Source: Octopus sinensis | Taxonomy: Eukaryota | Reading direction: 5' to 3' | DNA length: 64,000 bases | Assembly (NCBI RefSeq): GCF_006345805.1 | Contig: NC_043012.1 | Span: 34,844,001 to 34,908,000 of the forward strand | In this document: positions 13,894-26,739 of the stretch, one piece after another | Layout of the letters: the number at the start of each line of letters is the position of its first letter | Position numbering within the stretch: position 1 is the stretch's first letter | The notes under the pieces: generated by a model | The model's database searches: none | What the model was told of the DNA's origin: nothing | The model's input: the letters and a program-made list of their open reading frames with translations, nothing else | Position numbers and translations under genes: made by a program

Positions 13894-13984
13894 CCTACGG
13901 ACGTACGTTTCGAAATTAAGTTTTAGGAAAGCATAAGAATTAGATAATTATGACTTACCCAACTTCTTTTCTCATCAGCGTAGG
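13894..13984 (-). ncRNA. Type I hammerhead ribozyme, copy 2
   Basis: Identical to copy 1, offset by 583 bp; predicted cleavage between 13900 and 13899. Confidence 0.85.
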
Positions 13985-14146
13985 ACACTACAATTATGAA
14001 TAATTGTATATTAAATTTCGAGATACTAGAAGGCATCATCTCAACTCAGTATCAGAGCGAGCTAAAACCGTTATATATATATACACATATATATACATAC
14101 ATATCTATATAGAAAGATATAAAAATATACATATACACACACACAC

Positions 14147-14189
<43 letters not shown>

Positions 14190-14199
14190 TCTCTAACTC

Positions 14200-14512
14200 C
14201 GCCGGTTACGACGACGAGGGTCCCAGCTGATACGATCAACGGAACAGCTTGCTCGTGAAATTAACGTGCAAATGGCTGAGCATTCCACAGACACGTGTAC
14301 CCTTAACGTAGTTCTCGGGGATAATCAGCGTGACACAGAGAGTGACAAGGCTGACCCTTTGAAATACAAGTACAACTCATTTTTGCCAGCTGAGTGGACT
14401 GGAGCAACGTGAAATAAAGTGTCTTGCTCAAGGACACAACGCGCCGCCGGGAATCGAACTCACAACCTTACGATCATGAGCCGAATGCCCTAACCACTAA
14501 GCCACGCGCCTT
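14200..14512 (-). mobile_element. tRNA-derived SINE family D
   Basis: Head GGCGCGTGGCTTAGTGGTTAGGGC...GAGTTCGATTCCC, core GTGTCCTTGAGCAAGACACTT; second copy at 29035-29346. Confidence 0.85.
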
Positions 14513-14799
14513 CACTATATATATATATATACATACATAATACATACATGCACACATACATGTATATAAATACACAGTGAAAGTAATAGAAAAGAAACTA
14601 AGATATATATATATTATATATATATATATATATAATATATGTATATATATACACACACATACACACACACCACACACACACACACACACCACACACACAT
14701 ATATATATATTATATATATATATATATATATTACACATATATATATACATATACACATACATAGTGAAAGTATTAAACTGCATGTATTATCTCACATTA

Positions 14800-15053
14800 C
14801 AATAGAGATGTTATTTTTCACTTTTGACACGTAATACCGAAATAGTTTAATAGATAAGAGATTGCACCGGTCTTGCATTAGGCAAGAAGTTGAAATTTTG
14901 GTGGGGGCGGGGCATGACATTGCATGGACCCTAAGTAAAACATGTGTAAAATTTGAATGAAATCGGCTGGGTAATTCTCGAGTTTTAGTGATGCCCACAT
15001 AGAGACATACACACACATACACACACTTAGATCCTCACTTTTATATATATAGA
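14800..15053 (-). mobile_element. Non-autonomous Helitron, 5' portion
   Basis: Begins A|TCTATATATATAAAAGTGAG and contains CCGATTTCATTCAAATTTTACAC; no 3' CTAG end found. Confidence 0.55.
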
Positions 15054-16166
15054 TAAACCGATTGGTTGTTTGTGTCTTTGGGGACTCGCGAAGTGAAGTA
15101 AACACCTTCGATGAGACACCCTTCCCCGCTCAAGTAAAGATCGAAAATTGATTAAGGCAATTAGTCCTTTTTTTCCCCCATTCTGCAGAGAAATGGCTAA
15201 ATTTGTCATATGTGTTTGTGTACAATATAGGTTTACACATATATACATATGTGAGTGTGTGTATGCTGTATGTGTAATTTTGTAAGCATTTATACCTTCG
15301 TATTTGTCTATTTCACCTTTTAGGTTTATGTTGTTTGTGTGCTTCGATGTGTATCATGGAAGGGGCGAGGATACGAGGGAAAAATTCCGAATTTCTGAGC
15401 TTGATTAATGAGGCCAGCGGCTGATAGATAACAATCTTTAGTAGAAGTAGTTATCTACGTAATTTTTGTTAACCCACTTCTTCTCTACGGCTGACCAGGA
15501 TACGCATACACATATACAAGCACCCGCAAGCGTACACATATCAACGAAGACGTACGTGTGCATATGTATGTATAGATAGATGGACAATTCAGATATGTAG
15601 ATAGGTGTAAAAAAGTATACTTGTATATGTGGAGGTTGGATGCATATCTATATATGTGTGTGTGCGTGTGTGCGTGTGCGTGTGTGCGTGTGCGGTATAA
15701 ACTTAGATGAAAGGTTTCCGGAATTGTAGGAAAATATTAATTTCATCTTCTAGTGTATGCTGAAGCGATTGGCCAACCAGCTGTGTATATACTAATCAGC
15801 TAATTACCCATCAGTTATGTGTATAGTAAGGAAAAGGTAGTGTCAACATATTTAATGTAGTGAGTTAAGATATGATATTTTAGTTAACTGAAATTACAAC
15901 TTTAGTAAAGAGATAATCAGTTTACTAATCATTAATTTACTAATGAATTAATTCTGGTCAAGAAAGACAAAGAAAGGAAGTACCGAAATTTTAATTAGAA
16001 TGAATTAACAAAGAATGTTAGTAGGGAATGGGTGAGGTAGTCTGATTTTGGTAGCACCGTGGGACTGTTTCGGTCTTGTTAGACTTCTTCAGCAAAAGAT
16101 AGCAATCACCATACTGCCAGATAGCAATGATTCAGGGAGTATCTTCTGCCTTTCTTCATCAGACCT

Positions 16167-16396
16167 ATTTCTTTATTACCCACAAAGGGCTAAACACAGA
16201 GGGGACAAACAAGGACAGACATAGGTATTAAGTCGAATACATCGAACCCAGTGCGTAACTGGTGCTTAATTTATCGACCCCGAAAGGATGAAAGGCAAAG
16301 TCGACCTCGGCGGAATTTGAACTCGGAACGTAGCGGCAGACGAAATACCGCTAAGCATTTCGCCCGGCGTGCTAACGTTTCTGCCAGCTCGCCGCC
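16167..16396 (-). mobile_element. SINE family A, full-length
   Basis: TSD CTTCATCAGACC at 16154-16165 and 16396-16407. Confidence 0.92.
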
Positions 16397-16662
16397 TTCA
16401 TCAGACCATTTAATGTAATGATTCTATGATTCTGTTTCTTCGTCACGGGTGTAACATGACTTGAAATCACTTATCTACACTAACACCGAACTTGCTTTTT
16501 GATTTCCAAGCCAAGCATGTACCTCACTACTCTTCCTCCACCCTTTTAACCTACAATCTGTATTGTATGCAGTCATCACCCAGCACACATGCGTATATAA
16601 ACTTTACACAATATGTAGAACTGACTAGTCGCACACCTTTGCGTATATATTATATACAACCT

Positions 16663-17076
16663 GGCGAGCTGGCAGAAACGTTAGCACGCCGGGCGAAATG
16701 CTTAGCGGTATTTCGTCTGTCGTTACGTTCCGAGTTCAAATTCCGCCGAGGTCGACTTTGCCTTTCATCCTTTCGGGGTCGATAAATTAAGTACCACTGA
16801 CGCACTGGGGTCGATGTAATCGACTTAATCCCTTGTCTGTCCTTGTTTGTCCCCTCTGTGTTTAGCCCCTTGTGGGTAATAAAGAAATAGGTATTTCGTC
16901 TGTCGTTACGTTCCGAGTTCAAATTCCGCCGAGGTCGACTTTGCCTTTCATCCTCTCGGGGTGGATAAATAAAGTACCAGTTTCGCACTGGGGTCGATGT
17001 AATCGACTTAATCCGTTTGTCTGTCCTTGTTTGTCCTCTCTATGTATATATGTATATATATATGTATGTATGTATG

Positions 17077-17110
<34 letters not shown>

Positions 17111-17120
17111 TGTATGTATG

Positions 17121-17198
<78 letters not shown>

Positions 17199-17253
17199 CA
17201 CACACATGCACGACCAAACGTATACATATGCCCCTTGTGGGTAGTAAAGAAAT
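16663..17253 (+). mobile_element. Dimeric SINE A (head+body+body) with a microsatellite expansion in the second tail
   Basis: Junction AAAGAAATA|GGTATTTCGTCTGTCG at about 16889; tail resumes at 17230. Confidence 0.85.
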
Positions 17254-17479
17254 AGCTATCGACTTCAATACATGAGTGGTACTTTACTTTATCACTCTTG
17301 AAAGTAAAAGTTGAACTCTGCGAAATTTGGTAAGTGAACATAAAGTGCAAAAAAAAAAATACAAAAAAAAGAAGCGAAAAACGCAAAGCCTTTTGTTGGA
17401 TGCTCTATCGATTCTACCAATCTTCATTTGATTAATTGTTTGTAACAGATGAAATGTTATCAGTTTTGAGTCAATACCT

Positions 17480-17710
17480 ATTTCTTTACTACCCACAAGG
17501 GGCTAAACACAGAGAAGACAAACAAGGACAGACAAACGGATGAAGTCGATTATATCGACCCCAGTGCATAACTGGTACTTATTTAATCGACCCCGAAAGG
17601 ATGAAAGGCAAAGTCGTCCTCGGCGGAATTTGAACTCAGAACATGGCGGCAGACGAAATACTGCTAAGCATTTCGCCCGGCGTGCTAACGATTCTGCCAG
17701 CTCGCCGCCC
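17480..17710 (-). mobile_element. SINE family A, full-length
   Basis: 13-bp TSD TTGAGTCAATACC at 17466-17478 and 17711-17723. Confidence 0.92.
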
Positions 17711-18184
17711 TTGAGTCAATACCATAGATATCAGTACTTGACTGGTACTTCATTTTATTGAACACTGAAGGATAAAAAGCAAAGTTTATATCGGTGAGAC
17801 TTGAACTCAATTATTTTTTAAGTTTTTGCTAAGAAGCAATAGCAGTATCTATGGCATTTTACGGGACCTCCAAGACTGGCAGAAGAAGGCCCAAATGCTT
17901 GCAACTGAGTGGACTCCTCTAAAGATATCTAAATTTCCATGGATGACGGACCAAGTCTACAAACCCTGGTAGGCTACAACGAGATTCCAAACAAGAACGA
18001 GAAAAGCCAATGCAACGCAAAAATTCACATTCAACACTCTGGTGGCGTTTCTGTGAATTCTTCACTCTAGATTGGAAGAATGGTAACATCGATCTTGGCT
18101 GGATTTGAACTTAGAATATAAAGCACCGGCATAAATAACATAAGACACTTCATCCCTCGCTCTGTTTTCTGTCAATCCACCGCT

Positions 18185-18261
18185 ACTGCTGCTGCTGCTG
18201 CTACTACTACTACTACTACTACAACTACAACAACCACTACTACTATCACTACTACTACTAT

Positions 18262-18300
<39 letters not shown>

Positions 18301-18407
18301 TACCACTACTACTACCACCACCACTACCACTATCACTACTACTATACTACTACTACTACCACCACCACACCACCACCACCACCACCACCACCACCACCAC
18401 CACCACC

Positions 18408-18456
<49 letters not shown>

Positions 18457-18475
18457 ATAATAATAATAATGATGT
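18185..18475. repeat. Compound (CTA)n/(CCA)n/(TAA)n microsatellite
   Basis: Seen directly. Confidence 0.95.
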
Positions 18476-18922
18476 TGTTTTTTTTACCATGTCTCACAAA
18501 TGGTATGAATTCAGAGTGATATTTTTCGTTGTTAGATATTGTCATGCAAATCCACATAAAGCGCTTCGGATCGCTGGATCTTTAATATGTACAATATTTG
18601 GTAAGAATGTATCACTTACATTGACATTTGCACACAGCATCTGAAGAATGCCATTAAAATAACTGAGTTAACGTCTCAAAAAGATTTCGTCTCAGATTCT
18701 AGAAACTTCGTTCTTAAAGCAGACATTTTCTCTAAGACATTCTTACTAGAACTCTAACCAAAAATGTAACATCAACTTATTCGTCTCTATAACAAACTAT
18801 TTGGCTGTTTGGCGTTAATGCTTCACTGTACAGTTTTTTAAAGGGACTTCCGGTTAAATTACAAGCATGGCTATGTGATTAAGAAGTTTGCTTGGCATCA
18901 CGTTGTTCCAGGTTCGATTCCA

Positions 18923-19354
18923 GGATCTTTTCGGTTTGAACGGCAGTTTTTTCTCGCGGTGTCATATGAAATTGTCACCCATAATTATGACCCTAGTATC
19001 GATCTATTACATTTCAATCTGTTTTAGGGTTAGGGTTAGTTAGGGTTAGGGTTAGGGGTGAGGGGAGGGGTATCTTTTTTTCTTCAGAAATGTAAATAAA
19101 CCCTATCTGTTTCTTAAACGAGGGGCATATTCATACAGCACAAAATGTTTTTCATCGCAATAGACGTCATTGATTGGTTGAAATTGCAGAAATTGAAGAA
19201 AAATCAACAAATACCTTACAAACTATAGAATTTTCCCAATAAAGCCAAGAGAAAAAGATGTTTTATAAACACATTCTACCAGTATACGAAGTTTAAAAGT
19301 GTTTAGTTACGAAGAAATTATTTTAAAAAACTGCCGGTCAAACCGAAAAGACCC
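18923..19354. mobile_element. 432-bp MITE, Merlin-like, with internal TTAGGG repeats
   Basis: 30-bp TIRs GGATCTTTTCGGTTTGAACGGCAGTTTTTT / AAAAAACTGCCGGTCAAACCGAAAAGACCC; exact 8-bp TSD CGATTCCA at 18915-18922 and 19355-19362. Confidence 0.88.
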
Positions 19355-19585
19355 CGATTCCACTCTACAGTAGCCCGGCCAAACTACTTTACTGAATCCT
19401 CAATGCCATAAACATAATGTTTATGAAAGGAATTGGGTTGACGGATCTGCACGGAAGACACACACACACACACACACACACACAACTAAAAGGGTTTTTA
19501 AACCCAATATTTACATCTTATTATTCATAGCTTTATCTGTTTCGACTTTCGAAATTTATAAGTTCTTATGACGTTAATATATATA

Positions 19586-19771
19586 TACTCTTTTACTCGT
19601 TTCAGTTATTTGACTGCGGCCATGCTGGAGCACCGCCTTTAGTCGAGCAAATCGACCCCAGGACTTATTCTTTGTAAGCCTAGTACTTATTCTATCGGTC
19701 TCTTTTGCCGAACCGCAAACACACCACCATCGGTTGTCAAGCGATGTTGGGGGTCATACACAGACACACAA

Positions 19772-19850
<79 letters not shown>

Positions 19851-20043
19851 ACACACATATATATATATATACACATACGACAGGCTTCTTTCAGTTTCTG
19901 TCTACCAGAACCACTCACAAGGCTTTGGTCGGCCCGAGGCTATAGTATAAGACACTTGCCCAACGTGCCACGCAGTGGGACTGAACCCGGAACCATATGG
20001 TTGGTAAGCAGGCTACTTACCACTCAGCAACTTCTGCGCCTAT
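19586..20043 (-). mobile_element. tRNA-derived SINE family E, full-length, with internal (CA)n/(TA)n
   Basis: Head with CCGGGTTCAGTCCC, core GGCACGTTGGGCAAGTGTCTT, tail ...CAGTCAAATAACTGAAACGAGTAAAAGAG. Confidence 0.88.
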
Positions 20044-20044
20044 G

Positions 20045-20134
<90 letters not shown>

Positions 20135-20596
20135 GAAACTTTCATTTAATCAAGATATCCTTGGCCTGAAGAGTAGCCTGCGGTATACACCTCATTTGGA
20201 TATTTATCACTTCCAAGGTTCTGCTCGCTATGAAAAATGTAGCCCGGATCTTATCTGTTCTGTTCCTTATCTCTTGTATTCTAATTCGCATATCCTGGTC
20301 GCCTACCGTGAAATATAAAAATAACTTTTTTTCCCGTTTATCGTACTTCGATACGAAAACTATCCACAACCTTCCGTCTCTATAAACTACTATCGTCTCT
20401 GAAAATTAAAAAAAAGATTTTTACTACGGATTGCTTGAAGCTAACTTTCTTCCTAGACCTCGATCCCTGTATATATATATATATATATACAATATGAATT
20501 AGAGATATACTGTGAAATTTGATTTAATACTAAATTGAATTTTTCCCTGTAAGTTTGGAACTATACTCCCTATTATTATTATTATTATTATTATTA

Positions 20597-21147
20597 TTGA
20601 GTGAGAGAGCAGTTCATGCCATCAAAGTGACACTGGGGTAAAATATACGAAGCCCAATATACCCATCATGACTACCCGTCTGATAAAGGTACACCAGGCA
20701 CATGCATCACAACCATATGTGCGCGACATGGTGATCTCATATCAAGATAAACAGCACATGACCTTGCAGGTGGGGCCCAGTTTGAATTTTCTTCAGGTTG
20801 AGTAGCCCATCCCGCTCAAACGGTCCCCGAATAAGGGTTGTTTAAGGATGTTGAAAGAACCACCCATGTTTCCAGAGGTGAACTATTCAAACCCCAAAGC
20901 ATCCCTCTCAACACATGGCTATGATGCTCCCCCACTACTTCTGCTCGTGATCAGAGATGCACATATCGTCAGCCACTAAGGGACATGCTCAACTGGTTAA
21001 GGTCAAACAACTGACAAGCAAATCTGTGGTATTGAGCAGAATGTTTGCTGTAGCCCATCTTTTATACCAAGACAAAACAATGTACATGATAACACTTCCA
21101 ATCAGTTAAGATCAGAAGCAATGAGAGCCACTGCCTGGTACTGCATC
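20597..21147 (-). mobile_element. Family C retroelement (551 bp) inside a (TAA)n tract
   Basis: (TAT)n on both sides (about 20570-20596 and 21148-21235); 3' end ...CTCTCTCACTCAATAATAAT; homolog at 12257-12582. Confidence 0.82.
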
Positions 21148-21202
<55 letters not shown>

Positions 21203-21355
21203 GTTATTACTATTGTTATTATTATTGTTATTATTATCATATATATATACATATACATATATATATATGTATAGATATGTATGTGTATATACATATGGCA
21301 TTCACACACATACACATATGACAGAGAGGGTGGTTGGAGAGTGAGAAAGAGAAAG

Positions 21356-21390
<35 letters not shown>

Positions 21391-21417
21391 AGAAAGCAAG
21401 AAAGAAAGAAAGAAAGC

Positions 21418-21448
<31 letters not shown>

Positions 21449-21839
21449 GAAATGAATAGACAAGACATTAAAAATAATTCTCTGCCATCTTGATAACCGA
21501 CACAGTTTAAAACACTTGACGAAGGAAGTAAATGAACAACTACTCCCCCAATCAATGATCTACTTAAAACCAGATTAGCTTCCACGCCCTCCTAACTGTC
21601 GAGCCGCACCACTCATCCCCACTGCCCTCCCATCATTGAACAAAAATCCTTTTATCTGATAGTCATATAATATAGAAAGGTCTCTCACTGTGAAACGCTG
21701 ATAGCAACTTCTGATTACATAGTATAAGAATATATGCGTGTGTGTGTGTGTATCTGTGTGTCCGTGCGTGTGCTTATGTGTATGTGTGTACGTTTGCGTG
21801 CATGTGTGTGTATGTATATATAATATTATATATATATGT

Positions 21840-21886
<47 letters not shown>

Positions 21887-21929
21887 TCATACACACATAC
21901 ATATATTATATATTTATATATATATATAT

Positions 21930-21967
<38 letters not shown>

Positions 21968-21982
21968 GTATTCATATTATAC

Positions 21983-22032
<50 letters not shown>

Positions 22033-22730
22033 TATTTATATATATACATATATATTTATATGTATATATATATATATATGTATGTATGTGTGTGTGTGAA
22101 GTGCTTGATGTTTGCGAGTGCACGTATGTGTGTACGAATGTGGTGTGTGTGAATATGTTTCAATATCGCAGTATACATACCATATAATGCACTCATTGGT
22201 TAAAACAATCAGCTATTTAGTAGTATCCTATTACTAAGGACGAACATAACTGACAAACATACTCAAAATTAATTCGTACATTAGAACCAAGTTTTCCTGG
22301 TAAGGCACCAATAACAGCATTTCAAATCTTAAGAATATTCTTGGGTTTTTGGCATAATTTGCAATGATTTCTTCCATCTTAATTTCTCTTTGAATTTCTG
22401 TTGTTGTTCTTTTTGTTGTGTACCTCACGAATGGAGTTAAGACGAATCGTTAAAATATAAGCTCAGTAAAAGAAAAAAAAAGAAGTTGAGGTTTTTAACA
22501 AATTTGTCCTTGGCCTTTGTCCCCCACCCCCGCACAATTGAAGACATCTTCAGGACAATGGCTCAAGGAATTCTGTGAGCGGGAAAACAACCGGAAGTAT
22601 GCTCTGAATGCTTGCAACAGAGCCCGGGTTGTTTTACGATCGTGTTAAACCAAAATGTGTGTTAGATCATCTTCCGCTCAAGTTCTCTTCTATTCAGGTC
22701 ATCTGTTCATTCCATACATTTTATAAATTA

Positions 22731-23113
22731 CTAGCAGTATCGCCCGGCGTTGCTCGGGTTTGTAAGGGAAATAACTATATAAGCATTTTTAGAGATGTAA
22801 AGTATAATAGCCATCTCAATATGGCTAACCACAAAGGGGGGTGTTACTGTACCTTTTTACGTTCTGAGATTTAATAATACATTTTTAGAGAGTTACTTCC
22901 CTTATATAATAGCAAAAAAATGCATTAAAAATGGGAAAAAATGATGATATTTTTCTTTTTGAATCGTAGACGCGCGCTAATACCCAGAAGGGCTCAATAT
23001 GAATCACGACTATAAGATACCCGCTTTTGGTTACACTGCACCGCAAAATGTGGGAGTAGTTAGGAATCTAAATCGTAGGAGACAGACACATAACTTCACT
23101 TTTATATATAAAG
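22731..23113 (-). mobile_element. Non-autonomous Helitron
   Basis: 3' end CCCGAGCAACGCCGGGCGATACTGCTAG|T; the 5' ~230 bp are homologous to 41719-41950. Confidence 0.85.
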
Positions 23114-25150
23114 GTATGTTTTATAATTTTTGTGAATATGAAAATTGAATTACTGGACTCTTTAGTTTTGGTGACAAAAAATTACTATGCATTCCAAGTA
23201 ATCATGGGCTGTATATGAAGTCTTTTCCATGAGATATGATAAATATTGACACAATATTTTGTTTTTTCATAATTAAGCTTTTATAAATGATTGAGCTTAC
23301 TTTAAGGGTTATGTATTATGGGATATAAGCATGAATTTCTATGAAGACTATATAATACTTATTTGATAATAGAATCCATCATTTATTTGAATCACTTGAA
23401 TCTTGTACAATTGCGAGTGCAATAACTGATAACTATTGTATCGGTATCGTGCACGGAGATAGTAATACCTCCCAAACATGAACATTAAATCCAGTCTTTC
23501 CTTTATGCTTCATGTGTAGAATGTTACTTTAGCTAACTTGTTCCTACATTTTTAAGGTGGAAAGATATGATTTTAGAAAGTTTGGGCTACTATTTTTTGC
23601 CGGTCAAATGACCTCAGAGAGGCTCCCACGCTGTTTTATACGAATTTGACACTTGATCGATTCAGATGACTTCTCATCTAACTGTTTGAAATTGATTTCT
23701 GTTTGAAATTGTTTGAAATTGTTTGAAATTGATTTCTGGAGTTTCTGACGTTTCTGTGAAAGATTTGCTGCCTGCCCCAGGTTATTATTTACTTATCATC
23801 CACTTCACTCAACTACACCAAACTCAAGCAGAGCAGATTCTTATGTATACTTTCAATTCGTGAAATAATTAACTGTTGGGTTATTTAACATAAGGTTCGG
23901 CAAAAATAAGGCCCAGTGGCATTCTGTTCATTGCCTCTAACCACTCTCTTCTCCCTGCTGAAACGGTCGTGTTCCTTGTCAAAGAAATCATTATTACTAT
24001 TGACATATGTTTCTTTGGCTTCTATTTTCTGTGAAAAATATCGTAACTAGTTTATCTTTTAATGCACTCATCCGAATACCACGGCTTTGTGAGTGCGTAG
24101 CTTTGTGAGTGTGCCTACGTGTATATGTGTGTAATTGCGTTAGTGGGTAGAGTGATGACCGTTTTTGTTTTGCTTCTGTGTGTGTACATATGTGTATATA
24201 TGTGTATGCGTGTGTTGTGTGTATGTTCAACCCGTGATATACATGTGTGTGTGTGTGTGTGCATGTCTCTGTGTGTGTTTCTGGATGTTTTTGCATGCAT
24301 TGTGTAATGTTTGTATTTTATCTGCGTGTGAATATGTAGGCATGTTTGCGCGTTTGTGCTCTTGTGTGTGTGAGTATGCTTACATGAATATGTGTGGGCG
24401 TCTATGCGTACATGTGTACTTACGAATACATTTGAAGAAGATATGCAGAATGTACCAATCATGGAAGGCCAGTGGTAGATGATAGGATTTGGACATGTGA
24501 TAACTATCTTTTCTAATTAATGGAGAGAAAAATATCTAGCTGATACGGGCGAAGAAAATGATTATAGATGAATCCCAAATCATATCCCATAAGGCAACAT
24601 AAAAATATAGTTTAGCTATTGAGCATAATAGCCAACCTCAAACACGACACACCAACATCACATACAACTGAAAAAATACAACTCACAAATAACAAAACAG
24701 CAAAATAACAGAAAAATAACGAAAAAGAGAAATAAAAGTAACAGAAAAATTAAAGAAGAAATCTTGGAAAACAAAACTGGAAAACATTTGTATCCAATAT
24801 AAACCTCAAAACAAACAATAAAACAAGATGTAATGTAATTAATGGCGTCATCAACGACAGAAAGAAAAGCGCCATGCCACAAAAATAATCAAAAATAACC
24901 TATCCACACTGAAACGCCCAGAAAACACCTTTCTAAGATATTTTTGAAAGAATCCAGCAGAAGTGGGCAAAGTACAAAGCAAAAAAATACGCACTTTCGC
25001 TTAAACTATGATTTGAACTCTCTCTCCAGTATCCCAAGAAGTAAAAAGAAAACTAAAATCTAAAACAAAAAGTAGGACTAGGCAAAATCCTAATCATACT
25101 CCCAAAACACATGAGGCGTGAAAAGTATCAATGAACTTACCAAAATATAT

Positions 25151-25383
25151 ATTTCTTTATTGCCCACAAGGGGCTAAACATAGAGGGGACAAACAAGGAC
25201 AGACAAAGGGATTAAGTCGATTACATCGACCCAAGTGCGTAACTGGTACTTAATTTATCGACCCCGGAAGGATGAAAGGCAAAGTCGACCTCGGCGAAAT
25301 TTGAACCCAGAACACGTAACGGCAGACGAAATACGGCTACGCATTTCGCCCGGCGTGCTAACGATTCTGCCAGCTCGCCGCCT
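25151..25383 (-). mobile_element. SINE family A
   Basis: Family A consensus; imperfect TSD ACTTACCAA(AA)TATATA. Confidence 0.9.
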
Positions 25384-25587
25384 TACTTACCAATATATAC
25401 AAATTATAACAGTTCTAAAGGCCAGCAAAGACCCTAAGCAAAAGAGAATCATTCAAACACTTTCATTGAAGGACAGTGAACCTACGGCAAAAACAGAATA
25501 CGTGAAGACTGATTTATCTTTGTTACACCAATTCTTGCCATTTACAAGCCTTCATTTTCCACGAATATATTTATATTAACTTACTGA

Positions 25588-26000
25588 GGTGGCGAGCTGG
25601 CAGAAACGTTAGCACACCGGGCGAAATGCATAGCTGTATTTTGTCTGCCGCTACGTTCTGAGTTCAAATTCCGCCGAGGTCAACTCTGCCTTTCATCCTT
25701 TCGGGGTCGATAAATTAAGTACCAGTTACGCACTGGGGCCGATATAATCGACTTAATCCGTTTGTTTGTCCTTGTTTGTCCTCTCTGTGTTTAGCCCCTT
25801 GAGGGTAGTAAAGAAGTAGGCATTTCGTCTGTCGTTACGTTCTGCGTTCAAATTCCGCCGAGGTCGACTTTGCCTTTCATCCTCTCGGGGTCGATAAATA
25901 AAGTACCAGTTTCGCACTGGGGTCGATATAATCGACTTAATTCCTTTGTCTGTCCTTGTTTGTCCCCTCTATGTTTATCCCTCGTGGGTAGTAAAGAAAT
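25588..26000 (+). mobile_element. Dimeric SINE A flanked by one TSD
   Basis: Head+body+body; flanks ATATATTTAT(AT)TAACTTACTGA at 25565-25587 and 26001-26021. Confidence 0.88.
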
Positions 26001-26094
26001 ATATATTTATTAACTTACTGAATTTACAAAACAAGATCGAGTTAATAAGGATGTGCTATATTCTACTTGTATTCGCATAGTACATATAGGTTTC

Positions 26095-26739
26095 AAACTT
26101 TGGCAGAAGGCCAACAAGTTTGGGCGGTGGGGAAGTCGTCGATTACATCAACCCCAGTGCTCAACTGTTACTTATTTTATTGACCTCGAAAGGATGAAAG
26201 GCACAATCGACCGCGAAAGAATTTGAATTCAGAACGTAAACACGGCCGAAATGTCGCTAGGCATTTTGCCGGACATGCTAACGATTCTTATTTCTTTACT
26301 ACCCACAAGGGGCTAAACATAGAGGGGACAAACAAGTACAGACAAACGGATTAAGTCGATTACATCGACCCCAGTGCGTCAGTGGTACTTAATTTATCGA
26401 CCCCAAAAGGATAAAAGGCAAAGTCCACCTAGGCGGAATTTGAACTCAGAACGTAAAGATGGACGAAATGTTGCTAAACATTTTGCCCGGCGTGCTAACG
26501 ATTCTTATTTCTTTACTGCTAACAAGGGGCTACACACAGAGGGAACAAACAAGAACAGACAAAGGGATTGAGTCGATTATATCGACCACCAGTGCGTAAC
26601 TGGTACTTATTTAACCGACCCCGAAAGGATATAAAGGCAAAGTCGACCTCGGCGGAATTTGAACTGAGAACGTAGCGACAGACGAAATACTGCTAAGCAT
26701 TTCGCCCAGCTTGCTAACGATTCTGTCAGATCGCTACCT
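26095..26739 (-). mobile_element. Head-to-tail SINE trimer (A, A, A2)
   Basis: Two identical junctions TGCTAACGATTCT|TATTTCTTTACT at about 26288 and 26505. Confidence 0.82.

Larger units (their letters stand above)
13117..14073 (-). mobile_element. Retrozyme-like / Penelope pseudo-LTR-like element: two 374-bp direct repeats around a 209-bp unique core
   Basis: 13117-13490 and 13700-14073 differ at 2 positions (period 583 bp). Flanked by (TA)n on both sides. Each repeat holds a hammerhead motif. No TG...CA termini. Confidence 0.8.
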
